A DNA stretch of 64,000 nt. Source: Octopus bimaculoides (lineage: Eukaryota). Below the pieces are notes generated by a model. It saw only the letters and a list, made by a program, of their open reading frames with translations. It was not told the DNA's origin and did not search any database. Positions 41,244 to 51,726 of this stretch are shown one piece after another (the stretch's first letter is position 1; each line of letters starts with the position of its first letter). The translations under genes were made by a program, and so were the position numbers. Location: contig NC_068982.1 in assembly GCF_001194135.2 (NCBI RefSeq), positions 166,339,199-166,403,198 on the forward strand, given 5' to 3'.

Positions 41244-41451
41244 CAGTGGTTTTCAACCATTTTTGCCTATAGACCCCTTTGATTCCTACTTTACTCTTCT
41301 AGACCTCCTTATTAAAAAACATTTTTATAATTAAATATTAAGAATTTTATAACAAAATGTTCAAGTATTGTGTATTGTAGAAGTATGATTAATTTATTGT
41401 TCATAAACTTCAGTGACAAAATCTTTTATGGACCCCAGTTGAGAACCAATG
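41244..41451. mobile_element. Degenerate hAT-like MITE
   Basis: cagtggttttcaacc ... gttgagaaccaatg termini; no 8-bp TSD found. Confidence 0.5.
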
Positions 41452-42804
41452 AGTTAAACCATCCATCAAATTGACTCCAATTTTTTCTCTTTTAAACCCC
41501 CAATAAATAACAAACCATACAACATGAATTTCTTTATCTAAAAAAAAGTTACCTACATACACATACATCACTGACTGCCTACCCACTACAATAAAAATAT
41601 TCTGACTGAAAGAGCACTCATACAAGCAGCTTGGTTTATAGTTGCAGTTGACTCCTAAACACATTACACCTGCATTTACAGGTTGAACCATCCTACAACT
41701 GCATTCACACAACAGCATCTGGTTGTGACAAAAAGAAAACATACACCCCAAAATGTTACAACACTAATTACATTATTAGGCCTATACTCTGTACAAGAAC
41801 AGCAACCTTTTAAACAAATCCTATAGAACTGAGGTTGATATATACTGGCTAAGTTCATTTTGCCTTCATCCATAGCATCAACCACTAGAGCTTCTGATCA
41901 TATCAGAACAAATTATGCAGCAAAATTGATGCAGCATGTCCTCAATGCCATACTGCATCCCCACTACAGCCAACAAATACTTTACATAATGATACAGGCC
42001 ACCTATTTGTTGTAGAGGTGAAAGAGATAAATGGAATAAGGTATTGGATTTCTAGTCTACAGGTTACAAGTTCAAATGTAGTATAGATACTTCACTGGGT
42101 TTCTAGGCACAGCCCTTTATTCTAATTGATTCAGTTCAGCTAATTGTTGGGAAATGTACCAGAGCATCACTGCAGTAACTAGCATCCTGTACAGTACAAG
42201 ATTTAACTCTCATCCACTTATGTCAAAAGTAGAATTAAGGATCAAGTTTCAAAAGTTTCTCAATCTGGAGATACTGAGTGCTCCAAAGCATTTAGTTGAC
42301 ACACTGTGTTTGAGAACAGTTAACCAGACTACTCAATAAGTTTTTTTAAACAAAGCAAAAATGCTGATTTTGTACAGAAAAACAATCTAATTTATACACC
42401 TGCATCAACTCAATGCTTGTCTGAGTTAACTCCAACAAGAACTAAACAGAGACAAAATGAGGCATCAAGCTAAACAAGATACATAAAGTGTTGGCTCCAG
42501 TACTACCATCTGCACCCATTTCCTTACTCTCAAGCAAACAAAGGCACCTCTATGCAGTCACTTGACAGGTTAAAAATAGCAGCCAGAATTCTCTCAAATC
42601 ACATCCAACTGTAAAAGAATAAGAACACATTAGATCATGTTGTCTTGTATAAACACTGATTAAAAGACAGGATGACCATTGCTTGAACACTTTTGGTCAT
42701 AGGCCTATTCAATTAGAGCTGACCTATAGCTAATTAACACCATTATCTTCCTATCATAAAGAAAACATTTATATTGACAGTAATAAACAGTAACAATTAC
42801 TAAC

Positions 42805-42990
42805 TAAACATGCTGCACGAGCACTGTGCTGAGACGGATCCATTTCAACAATCTTTTTGTAGTCCTGAAGGGCATCTTCAAGCTTGTCTTCTTTCTCATA
42901 TAATTCTGCACGACGTAATAAAGCCTTTAAGTAGTCCGGATTCAATTCCAGTGCTGAGCAGGAATCTTCAATTGCTTTTTTATTTTTTTG
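42805..42990 (-). CDS. TTC1: TTC1 exon (TPR2-TPR3)
   Basis: Acceptor ttttccag|caa, donor tta|gttagt. Encodes QKNKKAIEDSCSALELNPDYLKALLRRAELYEKEDKLEDALQDYKKIVEMDPSQHSARAACL. Confidence 0.95.
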
Positions 42991-43833
42991 CTGGAAAATA
43001 ACATTGAAATTATTTCAAATTCAAATAACAGGAACCAATATCTGCTGAGGAAAAAAAAAACCCCAGTAAAAATCAACAATTCTCTACACAATATTTTTAG
43101 TACAGCAATAATGACAAGCTAAATTATTCGTTAAATAACCCCCTTGAGGATGATGGATGAACTTATACGTTTATCAATTTTTTGCAGAAAAGGTAGACTG
43201 TACGATGCATGCATAAATAGTGTGATGGTGCAAGGTAAGTAAGACATGAGCACTGAATGTGGAAGTTTTGTAGAAGTGAAGCAAGTAGAAGCTGTTGATT
43301 TTGTAATGTTAGGAATGCACAAAAAAACTGAGAAAGAGGCTAGAATTAAAAGCACCAAAAGCACAGGAGAGACAACTGAAATGACATAACTCACGATGGG
43401 AATAGGTGATGAGAGGTGGGTGAAAAAGAAACCCATGCTGTGAGTGAAGGGAATTTTGGTAACGGAAGACCAAGGAAGACATGAGAAACAGTTGAGATCA
43501 TATCAGGGATTCAGGTATGAAATGATGAAGGACAAGATGAAAAGTGACATACTCTTCAGCAGATTTCTCCCAACCCATGGAAGTATGGCAAACATGTTAA
43601 AATAATGATGATAATGACAATAGTGATTTATGAAAGGCTGATATTTTAGATTCACTTCCACCAACAGATAGAGCATGTAAGGTAAAAGAATTTAATCTAA
43701 AGTATTAAGTCCCAGACAGTGAAAGGTTTCATATGTTTCAATAAAAAACATTCTTTTACATGATACAAACTCACAGAGTTTAAAGCTTTATAAAAACAAA
43801 GACACAAGAAACAAAAAATTTCCATTTTCTTAC

Positions 43834-44007
43834 CATTCTCATAAATGCAGCAGCTCTATTGGAATACATGATGGCTCTGTCTTTGGGAAATGCTAATGGA
43901 CACATTTGGAGGGCTTTGGAGTAAAGCTTCATAGCTTCTTGAAAATTACCCGCTTTGAATTCTTGATTACCTTTTTCTTTAAACTGTTGTGCACATTCTT
44001 GCCGTTC
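43834..44007 (-). CDS. TTC1: TTC1 exon (TPR1-TPR2)
   Basis: Acceptor ctgcag|gaa, donor atg|gtaaga. Encodes ERQECAQQFKEKGNQEFKAGNFQEAMKLYSKALQMCPLAFPKDRAIMYSNRAAAFMRM. Confidence 0.95.
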
Positions 44008-44139
44008 CTGCAGACAGATAGACAAGTGAAAAAGCAATAACTAATTTAATATCAATAACTATTTACAAACACTCAAACTAGGATCCAGATTCCGTCAAAC
44101 AAAGTATTTCAGTATGCATTTACTTCATTATTTTAAATA

Positions 44140-44750
44140 TATTTAGTGTTGGGCTTCACAGAGGCAATGACCGAGACCTTTGGCATCGTCGTGCTTGAGA
44201 AGAAGACTGATCAAGCCAAGGAAAATCATAGTCGTGGCAGATACCAGTTTCACACAAATGGCATCAGTGCCAATGATACAAAACACCCCGGTGTCACGCA
44301 AATGGTACCCATGCTGGTGGCACGTAAAAGCATCCATTACACTCTCAGAGTGGTTGGCATTAGGAAGGGCAACCAGCTGTAGCAAACCATGTCAAATCAG
44401 ACTGGGGCTTGGTCAAACCATCCAACCCATGCCAGTATGGACAACAGATGTTAAATGATGACCAATGTAAATGTGTTGAGAGAAAAACTGAGTGTAAGAG
44501 GCATCAGATGTAGTATGCACTGGTATAGCCATGTTAAGAGCATAGATGAAGACAACTGCATAAAGTGCTGATCTCCAGATGTGGAAGGAACTCAAGGAAG
44601 AGGAACCCTAGGGACGTTTTTTACTGTAAAATGATCCTCAGATGTTGAGCCTCACAGAGGAGATGGCGAAGGAGCAAGATTATTGGTGATTTGCTTTACT
44701 TGAGAAGACCCATCCAGCTAAGTAAAATCAAGGCCATAAAGGCATATCGT
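44140..44750 (+). mobile_element. RTE 3' UTR copy (44140-44461) followed by an RTE ORF-end fragment (44465-44745)
   Basis: Homologous to 59325-59820 in the opposite orientation; LREKLSVRGIRC...WYSHVKSIDED remnant. Confidence 0.75.
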
Positions 44751-44941
44751 TTATGTCCATGACCCTGACAAACCTTTTCTCCACCTGTGTTCAAGATCCA
44801 CTGTATTCCCCTAACCTCTATCTATCATTCCCACTTCACACCCTTGCAAACCTTCTTGCATACAATGTGTCCCCGTCCATCTCCCACCCTCCTTTAGCAG
44901 TGTCACAAATTTTCCCACTCACCAATCTAGTCTCTGATTCC

Positions 44942-45072
44942 TCATCATCATTTAATATCCATTGTCCATGCACAAGCACCAGTCTGATTTGGCATAGTTT
45001 CTATGGTTGGATGCCCTTCCTAATGCCAACCACTTTACAGAGAGTGCTGGATGCTTTTACATGGCACCAGCA
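44942..45072 (-). mobile_element. RTE-type tail copy
   Basis: Reverse complement of 44312-44461. Confidence 0.75.
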
Positions 45073-46115
45073 CACTTGTAGGCCAATCCTCTTCACCAAC
45101 GGAAGCAGCCTTAACATTTCTGCTGTGGAGTATGGGTCTCCTTGAGTACAACAAGGCGCCAAGTATCTCAATCCTTTATCTACTTGATACTGTCAAGCAA
45201 AGTGTAGAGGCCACTTCTAAACAGAGAGTTAGGGAAAGATACACATACACACTCGCACACATATATGTCATCATCATTCAATGTCTACTTTTTTCATGCT
45301 TGCAGGGGTCAGATGAAATTTGTTGAGGTAGATTATAGCTGGATGCCCGCTTTGTTGCCAACCCTCACCTATTTTCAAGCAAGATAATAATTCCCCATGG
45401 CTAGATATGTTTTTCATGGAAGACTGGATATGAACAATGTTGCTTGTATGACTTTTGCTTATTTACAACTATCGTGTGATGTCAAGACAAGGTACACATA
45501 CAAGCACACAACAAGCTTCTTTCCATTTCTGCCTACTGAATCCAATCATAAGACCTAAGGCTATAGAGGAAGCTTCTTGTCCAAGGTGCTCTGCTGTGGT
45601 ACTAAACCTGAAATTACATGGTTGGGAGGCAAACTTAATAACACAGTCACATATATATTTGTTTCATTAATTTATATCGTATTTTGTTATGGTTTCTTCC
45701 TCAGTACATCAGATTGTACCTAAAATGCATTGTTTATTCTCAGACAAAACGCATACTTACATTCTAAACTCTTTCCTCAACCAAAAAAAAAAAAAGAAAA
45801 AAGTGTAAATAGTTAATTTGCCAAAACTACTGTTGATTCCAAGATTTCTATTTTGTTTCCCTTCAGAGCAATTTTCATTCACCCATTTTTAGTTCTGGTA
45901 AAGCCTATCTTTTTTCAAATCTGGACACAGTCAATGTCTTCCAAGAAGAGAAAGAAACAGAGGAATTCAACCCCATACAAAATTGGTAGTTTATCAACCC
46001 CCAAATCATAAAAGGCAAATGACTGATTGTTTAGTTTAAAATGTATCACAAAATTAAAATTATAAAGAGTACGTGCACTCACTCTCATTCTCACAAGTGC
46101 AAACATACGCTTTAC

Positions 46116-46487
46116 CTTCTTTTCTTCATCTGATAAAGTTTCCTCCATATTCTTCAACAGTTCCTCATCAACTTGAATATCACCTTCATCAGCAGAATGG
46201 TATTCATCATCTGTACTTGGTGCTGTTGCACCCTCTGTTGCTTTGTGAATCTGTTCGTCGGTGTCCTCAAAGTTTCCACCACTGTCGTCTTCGCTCTCCG
46301 AGTTGCATGTCTCCTTTACATGGTCCAACTTTTCCTCCTCATTCCTGCCATCTAACTTACTGCAGCAATTTTTGCAGTTCGAATCATATTCATCATCGCT
46401 GCAATGATGACAGCTCACTGCATCTTGGTCAGCTAGAGACAAAGAAGAAAGTTTGTTTTCGGCATGTGTTAAACAACCTTCTGCCAT
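46116..46487 (-). CDS. TTC1: Tetratricopeptide repeat protein 1, first coding exon (acidic N-terminus)
   Basis: ATG in aaaATGg context at 46487. Exon acceptor aatcag| at 46515, donor aag|gtaaag at 46115. 124 codons, phase 0. Confidence 0.9.
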
Positions 46488-46899
46488 TTTTGAACTGCTA
46501 GTCACACACTTTGTCCTGATTATTCAGATATATGTATGTCTATGTACATATATTTATATGAAAATATATTTTACAATATCCCTAACTGTAATTCCAAAAC
46601 CATTCTGAAACAAAAGAAAAAAGGCAGATAAAATACGTAAAGATTTCATAACAGACTAATGTAATTAACTGACCTGAAAGTAAGTAAACATGAAATGAAT
46701 CACATCATACCATACTATATACCATACAGGAGTTTATCTAGCAAATGTTGTAAAGAAAATATATGAAAGTGAAGGAACTATAAAAGGAACAACAATCCTC
46801 AAAAAGTATAGTTTGCTGTGACTTAATCTCAGGTCAGCCTTGATCCAGCAACATTCTAATAGTGACCATCACAACTTTTTTTTTTTTTATTCCTAGAAT

Positions 46900-47380
46900 A
46901 TTTGAGGTGTATTTTACATGCCACCTGCACAGGAGCCAGTCCAGCGGCACTGGCAACGATCTCGCTCGAATGTCTTTTCACATGCCACCAGCACAAGTGC
47001 CAGGAAGGCGACGTTGGTAACGATCACGCTCAAATGGTGCTATTTATGTGCCAGCGGCACAGAAACCAGACAGCTGCTCTGGCAACGATCATGCTCAGAT
47101 GGTGCTCTTAGTCCTCCACTGGTACAGGTACCATCACGATTTCGCTTTCGTTTGCCCCAACAGGTCTTCACAAGCCAAGTTTAGTGTTCAGTGAAAGAGA
47201 CGTTGGCATGGGTGTCAGTCGTCCAATTTAGTTTGATTTCGATTTCACTTGCCTCAACAGGTCTTCGCAAGTGGAGTTCAGTGTCCAATGAAGGAATGGT
47301 ACTCATAAATGGGCTGGCAGAGGCCTTGGATTTTGGTCTTACTTGCTTTGCTGGGTCTTCTCACACACAGCATATTTCCA
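46900..47380 (-). mobile_element. RTE 3' UTR fragment with three tandem ~60-bp modules
   Basis: Three ttt(t/c)a(c/t)(a/g)tgcca..gcac...gg(c/t)aacgatc units, then ctcaacaggtcttcgcaag and the RTE ORF-end motif gggtcttctcacacacagcatatttcc. Confidence 0.8.
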
Positions 47381-47382
47381 AA

Positions 47383-47415
<33 letters not shown>

Positions 47416-47464
47416 TACATATATATATACACACATATACAAACATAATATGCATTATATTGCA

Positions 47465-48368
47465 TGTTCGGATGGCGTGCCTTCGCCAATAATGTACCTC
47501 CACTCGACTACCAAACTCTCACTTCCAACGACTCGACTCAACAGAACTCGACATCTAGACTACTTGGCTCGCTCTACTCAATGCTTCTACGACTAGCTAT
47601 CACATCCACTATTTATACGTACTGGACTAGCCTACTTATCGTCTGAGGATGTCCACACAACACCTCCCCCTTTTGAAAGTTTTTTTTTTTTTTCCTAAAC
47701 CTGAATTTATCAATTTTATTTCCTTGGTGAGAAACTAGCATATCTTTTTCTCTTAGCGTTAATTTCCATCATTTCTGTAGGTTTTCTCTTCCTGTTTGAC
47801 CTACATGTCGGTTCTGCTTCTGCTCGTGGTTCTGGGACCTCAGACAAACCATACCATATATTCATTGGTTCCTCTCGCCGCTCTTGATTTTTGGTATATC
47901 TTATTTTTAATTGGTTTATATGCTTTCTGTGTTCATATTTTGGTCCTTTTACAATGTACATCACATTACCCAGACGTCCAGTTATACTTCCTTGTTCCCA
48001 GTCCTGTTTTCTGTTTCTATATATTTTAAAATACACTTCATCACCCATGTTAAAAAATTTCATTTTTCTTCCCGAATTTTCTATTTCCTACTCAGCAACA
48101 ATTTATCAAAAATAGAACAAATTTTTCTGGAAAACATCAAATCTGCGGGTGACCTGCCCAACTCTGCATTTGGATTCAGCGCTATTCTATACACCTGCAA
48201 AAACTTCGTCATCTTTGTATCTTCAAAGGTTTCCCGTCTGGTCTTTCTTAAAGCTCATTTGAATGTGTCGACAAATCTTTCCGCTAACCCATTTGACCTC
48301 GGATGGTATGGCGGAGTTAACACATGCTCCATTTGAACCAACTTACAGAATCTTTCAAACTCCTTCAT
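47465..48368 (-). mobile_element. Gypsy/Ty3 LTR retrotransposon 3' remnant: integrase end, PPT and 198-bp LTR (47465-47662)
   Basis: [24 protein letters not shown] integrase motif and C-terminal GDEVY...W..G.I...LG..MY.V domain. PPT aaaagggggagg directly abuts an LTR bounded by TG...CA. Confidence 0.9.
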
Positions 48369-48489
48369 CTACATGTATATATAGATGCATATCTGGGTAC
48401 AAGACATCATAAAAAAATGTGGACAAAATGAAAAACGGAACATAAACAGAGTACAGAAAACACACAGGCCACATAGAGAACATTTCCGT

Positions 48490-49890
48490 CTTAGGTCCAA
48501 CTTTTCCCTCAAGGCACACCACATCTGATGCCTCTTAAGCTCAATTCTTCTCTCAAGATGCTTACATTCTGGAAACAAACATGCACACTGACTTCATTTC
48601 TTTTAAGTCTGCGCATGTCCTCAGCTGTCATGGCCTATGTTTCACTGCCATGTACCATAGCTGTTTGCACACAGGCATCATACAATCTGCATTTCATTCT
48701 GAGGTAGAGGCCCTTTGTTGCCAACAGAGGTAGGAGCTCACTGAACTTCGCCCAGCCTAATCTTATTCTCACAGCTATGCTTTCAGAGCATCCACTTCCT
48801 CTACTAACTTGGTCACCTAGATAACGGAAGCTGTCTACTACCTCTAGCTTACCCCACTAGCAGTTGATTATTTTCTATACATTTTCGGTGTTCATTGTAC
48901 CTGTACATCTTCCACACACAAAAGCTATTTCCCTGCTAACCTTCCTCTGATATTGTTGTACCTACTATGTATCCATAGCTTACAGCAGGTACATCTTATG
49001 GAGTTCCTACCTACGTCTTTTCTAAAGATTGAGCAGGGCCATCTACCCGAAGGGATTTGTGATTTGTCTGCCTTCCTATTTACTAAGACTTTGGTTTTTG
49101 CTAGGTTAACTCTAAGGCCCTTTGATCCTAGACCTTGCTACCATACCTGAAACTTCTCTAGTTCTGATAGTGATTCAACTATAAGAGTAAAGTCATCAGC
49201 ATAGAGGATTTCCCAGGAGCAGCCTGTTTTGAATTCCTCTGTTATTGCCTGGGGGACTATGATGAACAAGATCGGGCTGAGGACCAATCTTTGGTGAACC
49301 CCTACTTGTACCCTGAATTCTTCGCTGTACTCGTTGCCAACCCTCATCTTAGGGTAGCATCCTTGTACATGGCTTGTAAAACTCTCACCAACCACTCATC
49401 TATCCCTAGTTTCCACAATGACCACCAGATAAGGGATCAGGGGGTCCTGTCAAGTCAACAAAAGCCGAGTACAGAGGTTTATATTTGGTTAAGTATTTCT
49501 CCTGCAGCTGCCTTACCAGGAATATAGCATCAGTGGTGCTTCTCCCTAGCACAAAACCAAACTGCATCTCATCAAGACGAACTCTCTCCCTAATTAGTTG
49601 GGCTATGACCCCCTCCATAACTTTTAACACCTAATACAATTTGATACCTCTGTAATTATTTCTATCTAAGGCATCACCTTTACCTTTGGAGCAGTTGACT
49701 ATGGTGTTGCTATACCAGTCATTGGGTATGACTCCTTCGTGAACCACCCGATTTACAATATGAGTGACTAGACCGTAACCACACTGCCAGATATGTTAAG
49801 CATCTCAGCAGTGATCCTTGATGGGCCAGGGGCTTTCCCTGTTTTCATATCTTTAATCGCTTTATCTGCCAAGGTACTGTCAATTCGGAT
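48490..49890 (-). mobile_element. RTE-clade LINE fragment (RT domain, decayed)
   Basis: LKVMEGVI..LIRERVRLDEMQFGFVLGRSTTDAIFLVRQLQEKY; SEEFRVQVGVHQRLVLSPILFII...WEILYADD; frameshifts present. Confidence 0.92.
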
Positions 49891-51375
49891 AGGAAATATT
49901 GAAGCAGCTTGCTCCAGAGAAAATAATGGATTTTTTGAAAATAAACGGCATTATTGCCACAAGTAAAACGTGNNNNNNNNNNNNNNNNNNNNNNNNNNNN
50001 NNNNNNNNNNNNNNNNNNNNNNNNNNNNNNNNNNNNNNNNNNNNNNNNNNNNNNNNNNNNNNNNNNNNNNNNNNNNNNNNNNNNNNNNNNNNNNNNNNNN
50101 NNNNNNNNNNNNNNNNNNNNNNNNNNNNNNNNNNNNNNNNNNNNNNNNNNNNNNNNNNNNNNNNNNNNNNNNNNNNNNNNNNNNNNNNNNNNNNNNNNNN
50201 NNNNNNNNNNNNNNNNNNNNNNNNNNNNNNNNNNNNNNNNNNNNNNNNNNNNNNNNNNNNNNNNNNNNNNNNNNNNNNNNNNNNNNNNNNNNNNNNNNNN
50301 NNNNNNNNNNNNNNNNNNNNNGGGGGGTAATTATTTTTTTTTAATTGAGATTTTACAAATAATTTTTTTTTGGAATCATGATCTGGTGGGGGGTGATGAA
50401 ATTTTGAAGTTACGATTCTTGAAAAAAATTTTTTTCCGAATCGGAATCTCCACAGCCTAAAACGTGGGATTCCGTAAAAAAAAAATTAAAAGGGAGTAAG
50501 GGTTCCGTTTACATCGCCATGTGAGCCGCTAACAAAAATAAACTGATTGTGAAAGTGATTCCACAAAGTTACTCCGTGGCGAATGTAAAATGATATCGTT
50601 TGTGGAAGTTGTGATAATCGAGAAAGGGTCAATATACAGTTTGTTGACCGGAGAAACCAAAACATTGTTGCAAATACATATTCAATGTTAGGGTATATTT
50701 CGTTTCACGTCAAGTTATTTTATAATTCATTTTCACTTTAAATATTTGTGTATATTAACATCCTTGCTGTCCCGAGTTATTCTTCCCATGTAGCGTTATC
50801 TTGACACACCTCATTTACAATAGGATAATAAAACTCTTGTTTGGAATTTGCTACATGAAATAGCATGAAATAGCATGAAATAGCATGAAATTTTGATGGA
50901 TGGTTGAAATTTAGCTCACAAGAAGTTAATTTCAATAGAGTTAGGATCTGTCTCAAGTGGGCTGGTATCAAAAGGGTTTTTCAGTGAATCAGAATTTACT
51001 TCCTCGCTATTATACTTTCATTTTATTCTTTTAATGTCACTTAAGAAACTTCTAGACTCCATTATACTGAAGATTAAATACCTTTCATTTGTACAGGCGC
51101 TTTAATCCAACAGTATTTTCTAAACTGTGCAAATTGTTAGTTATTTAATCTTCAATTAATAGAGTCTATATGTTATAACGTAGGGAGTCCTGTTTTTTGA
51201 GTCGTAATCTTCTCGAAATTCTTTTATGGAATATGTGTATACAAGCTAAAACTAAAAGTGAAAATACTCATAAAATAATTTAATTTACCGACATAAAACG
51301 AAACACAGTTGAATGTTGTTTGATAGTAATAAAGTTAAGTTATATCAAAAGAAATATAATTAACACACGACTCAC

Positions 51376-51430
51376 ATTGTACAAATTCGGTGACAAACCT
51401 TTCTTCCGTCACGACATCACTTCAACTGTA
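51376..51430 (-). other. TTC1: Candidate non-coding first exon of TTC1 (5' boundary approximate)
   Basis: Minus-strand consensus donor aat|gtgagt at 51375 inside the CpG-rich promoter zone. The TTC1 ATG exon has its own acceptor at 46515, so an upstream UTR exon is required. Confidence 0.55.
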
Positions 51431-51726
51431 AGTGCCACCTAGCAGCAGAATATATTAACACTCAGGGGGAAGTAACTGTCACAACATTTGACAAGAGCTC
51501 ATTTAAGAAAAGATAACTCCCATATATCAACTACGAGGGATTAGCTTGTCGTTGACGCTTTAATAACTATCTGAGAAATATTGCTGCTAATATAATACTT
51601 TATCGATGTAAGTAACTGAATGATTTTAAATTAGAAGTTATATTATTGGTACTTAAGTTTATTTCTTTCATCTTACGTTTTCTTCTTTCTTTTTTTATTG
51701 TTCTTTAGATTTTCTTCGTCGATAGG
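51376..51726. promoter_or_regulatory. Compact bidirectional promoter TTC1/CHM, with a CHM 5' UTR intron at 51608-51708
   Basis: Divergent genes and CpG-rich sequence. ETS-like CGGAAG (51403-51408, -) and GGAAGT (51468-51473, +). CTCF-like motif at 51432-51445. Donor gat|gtaagt at 51608 and polypyrimidine acceptor ttctttag at 51708. Confidence 0.7.
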
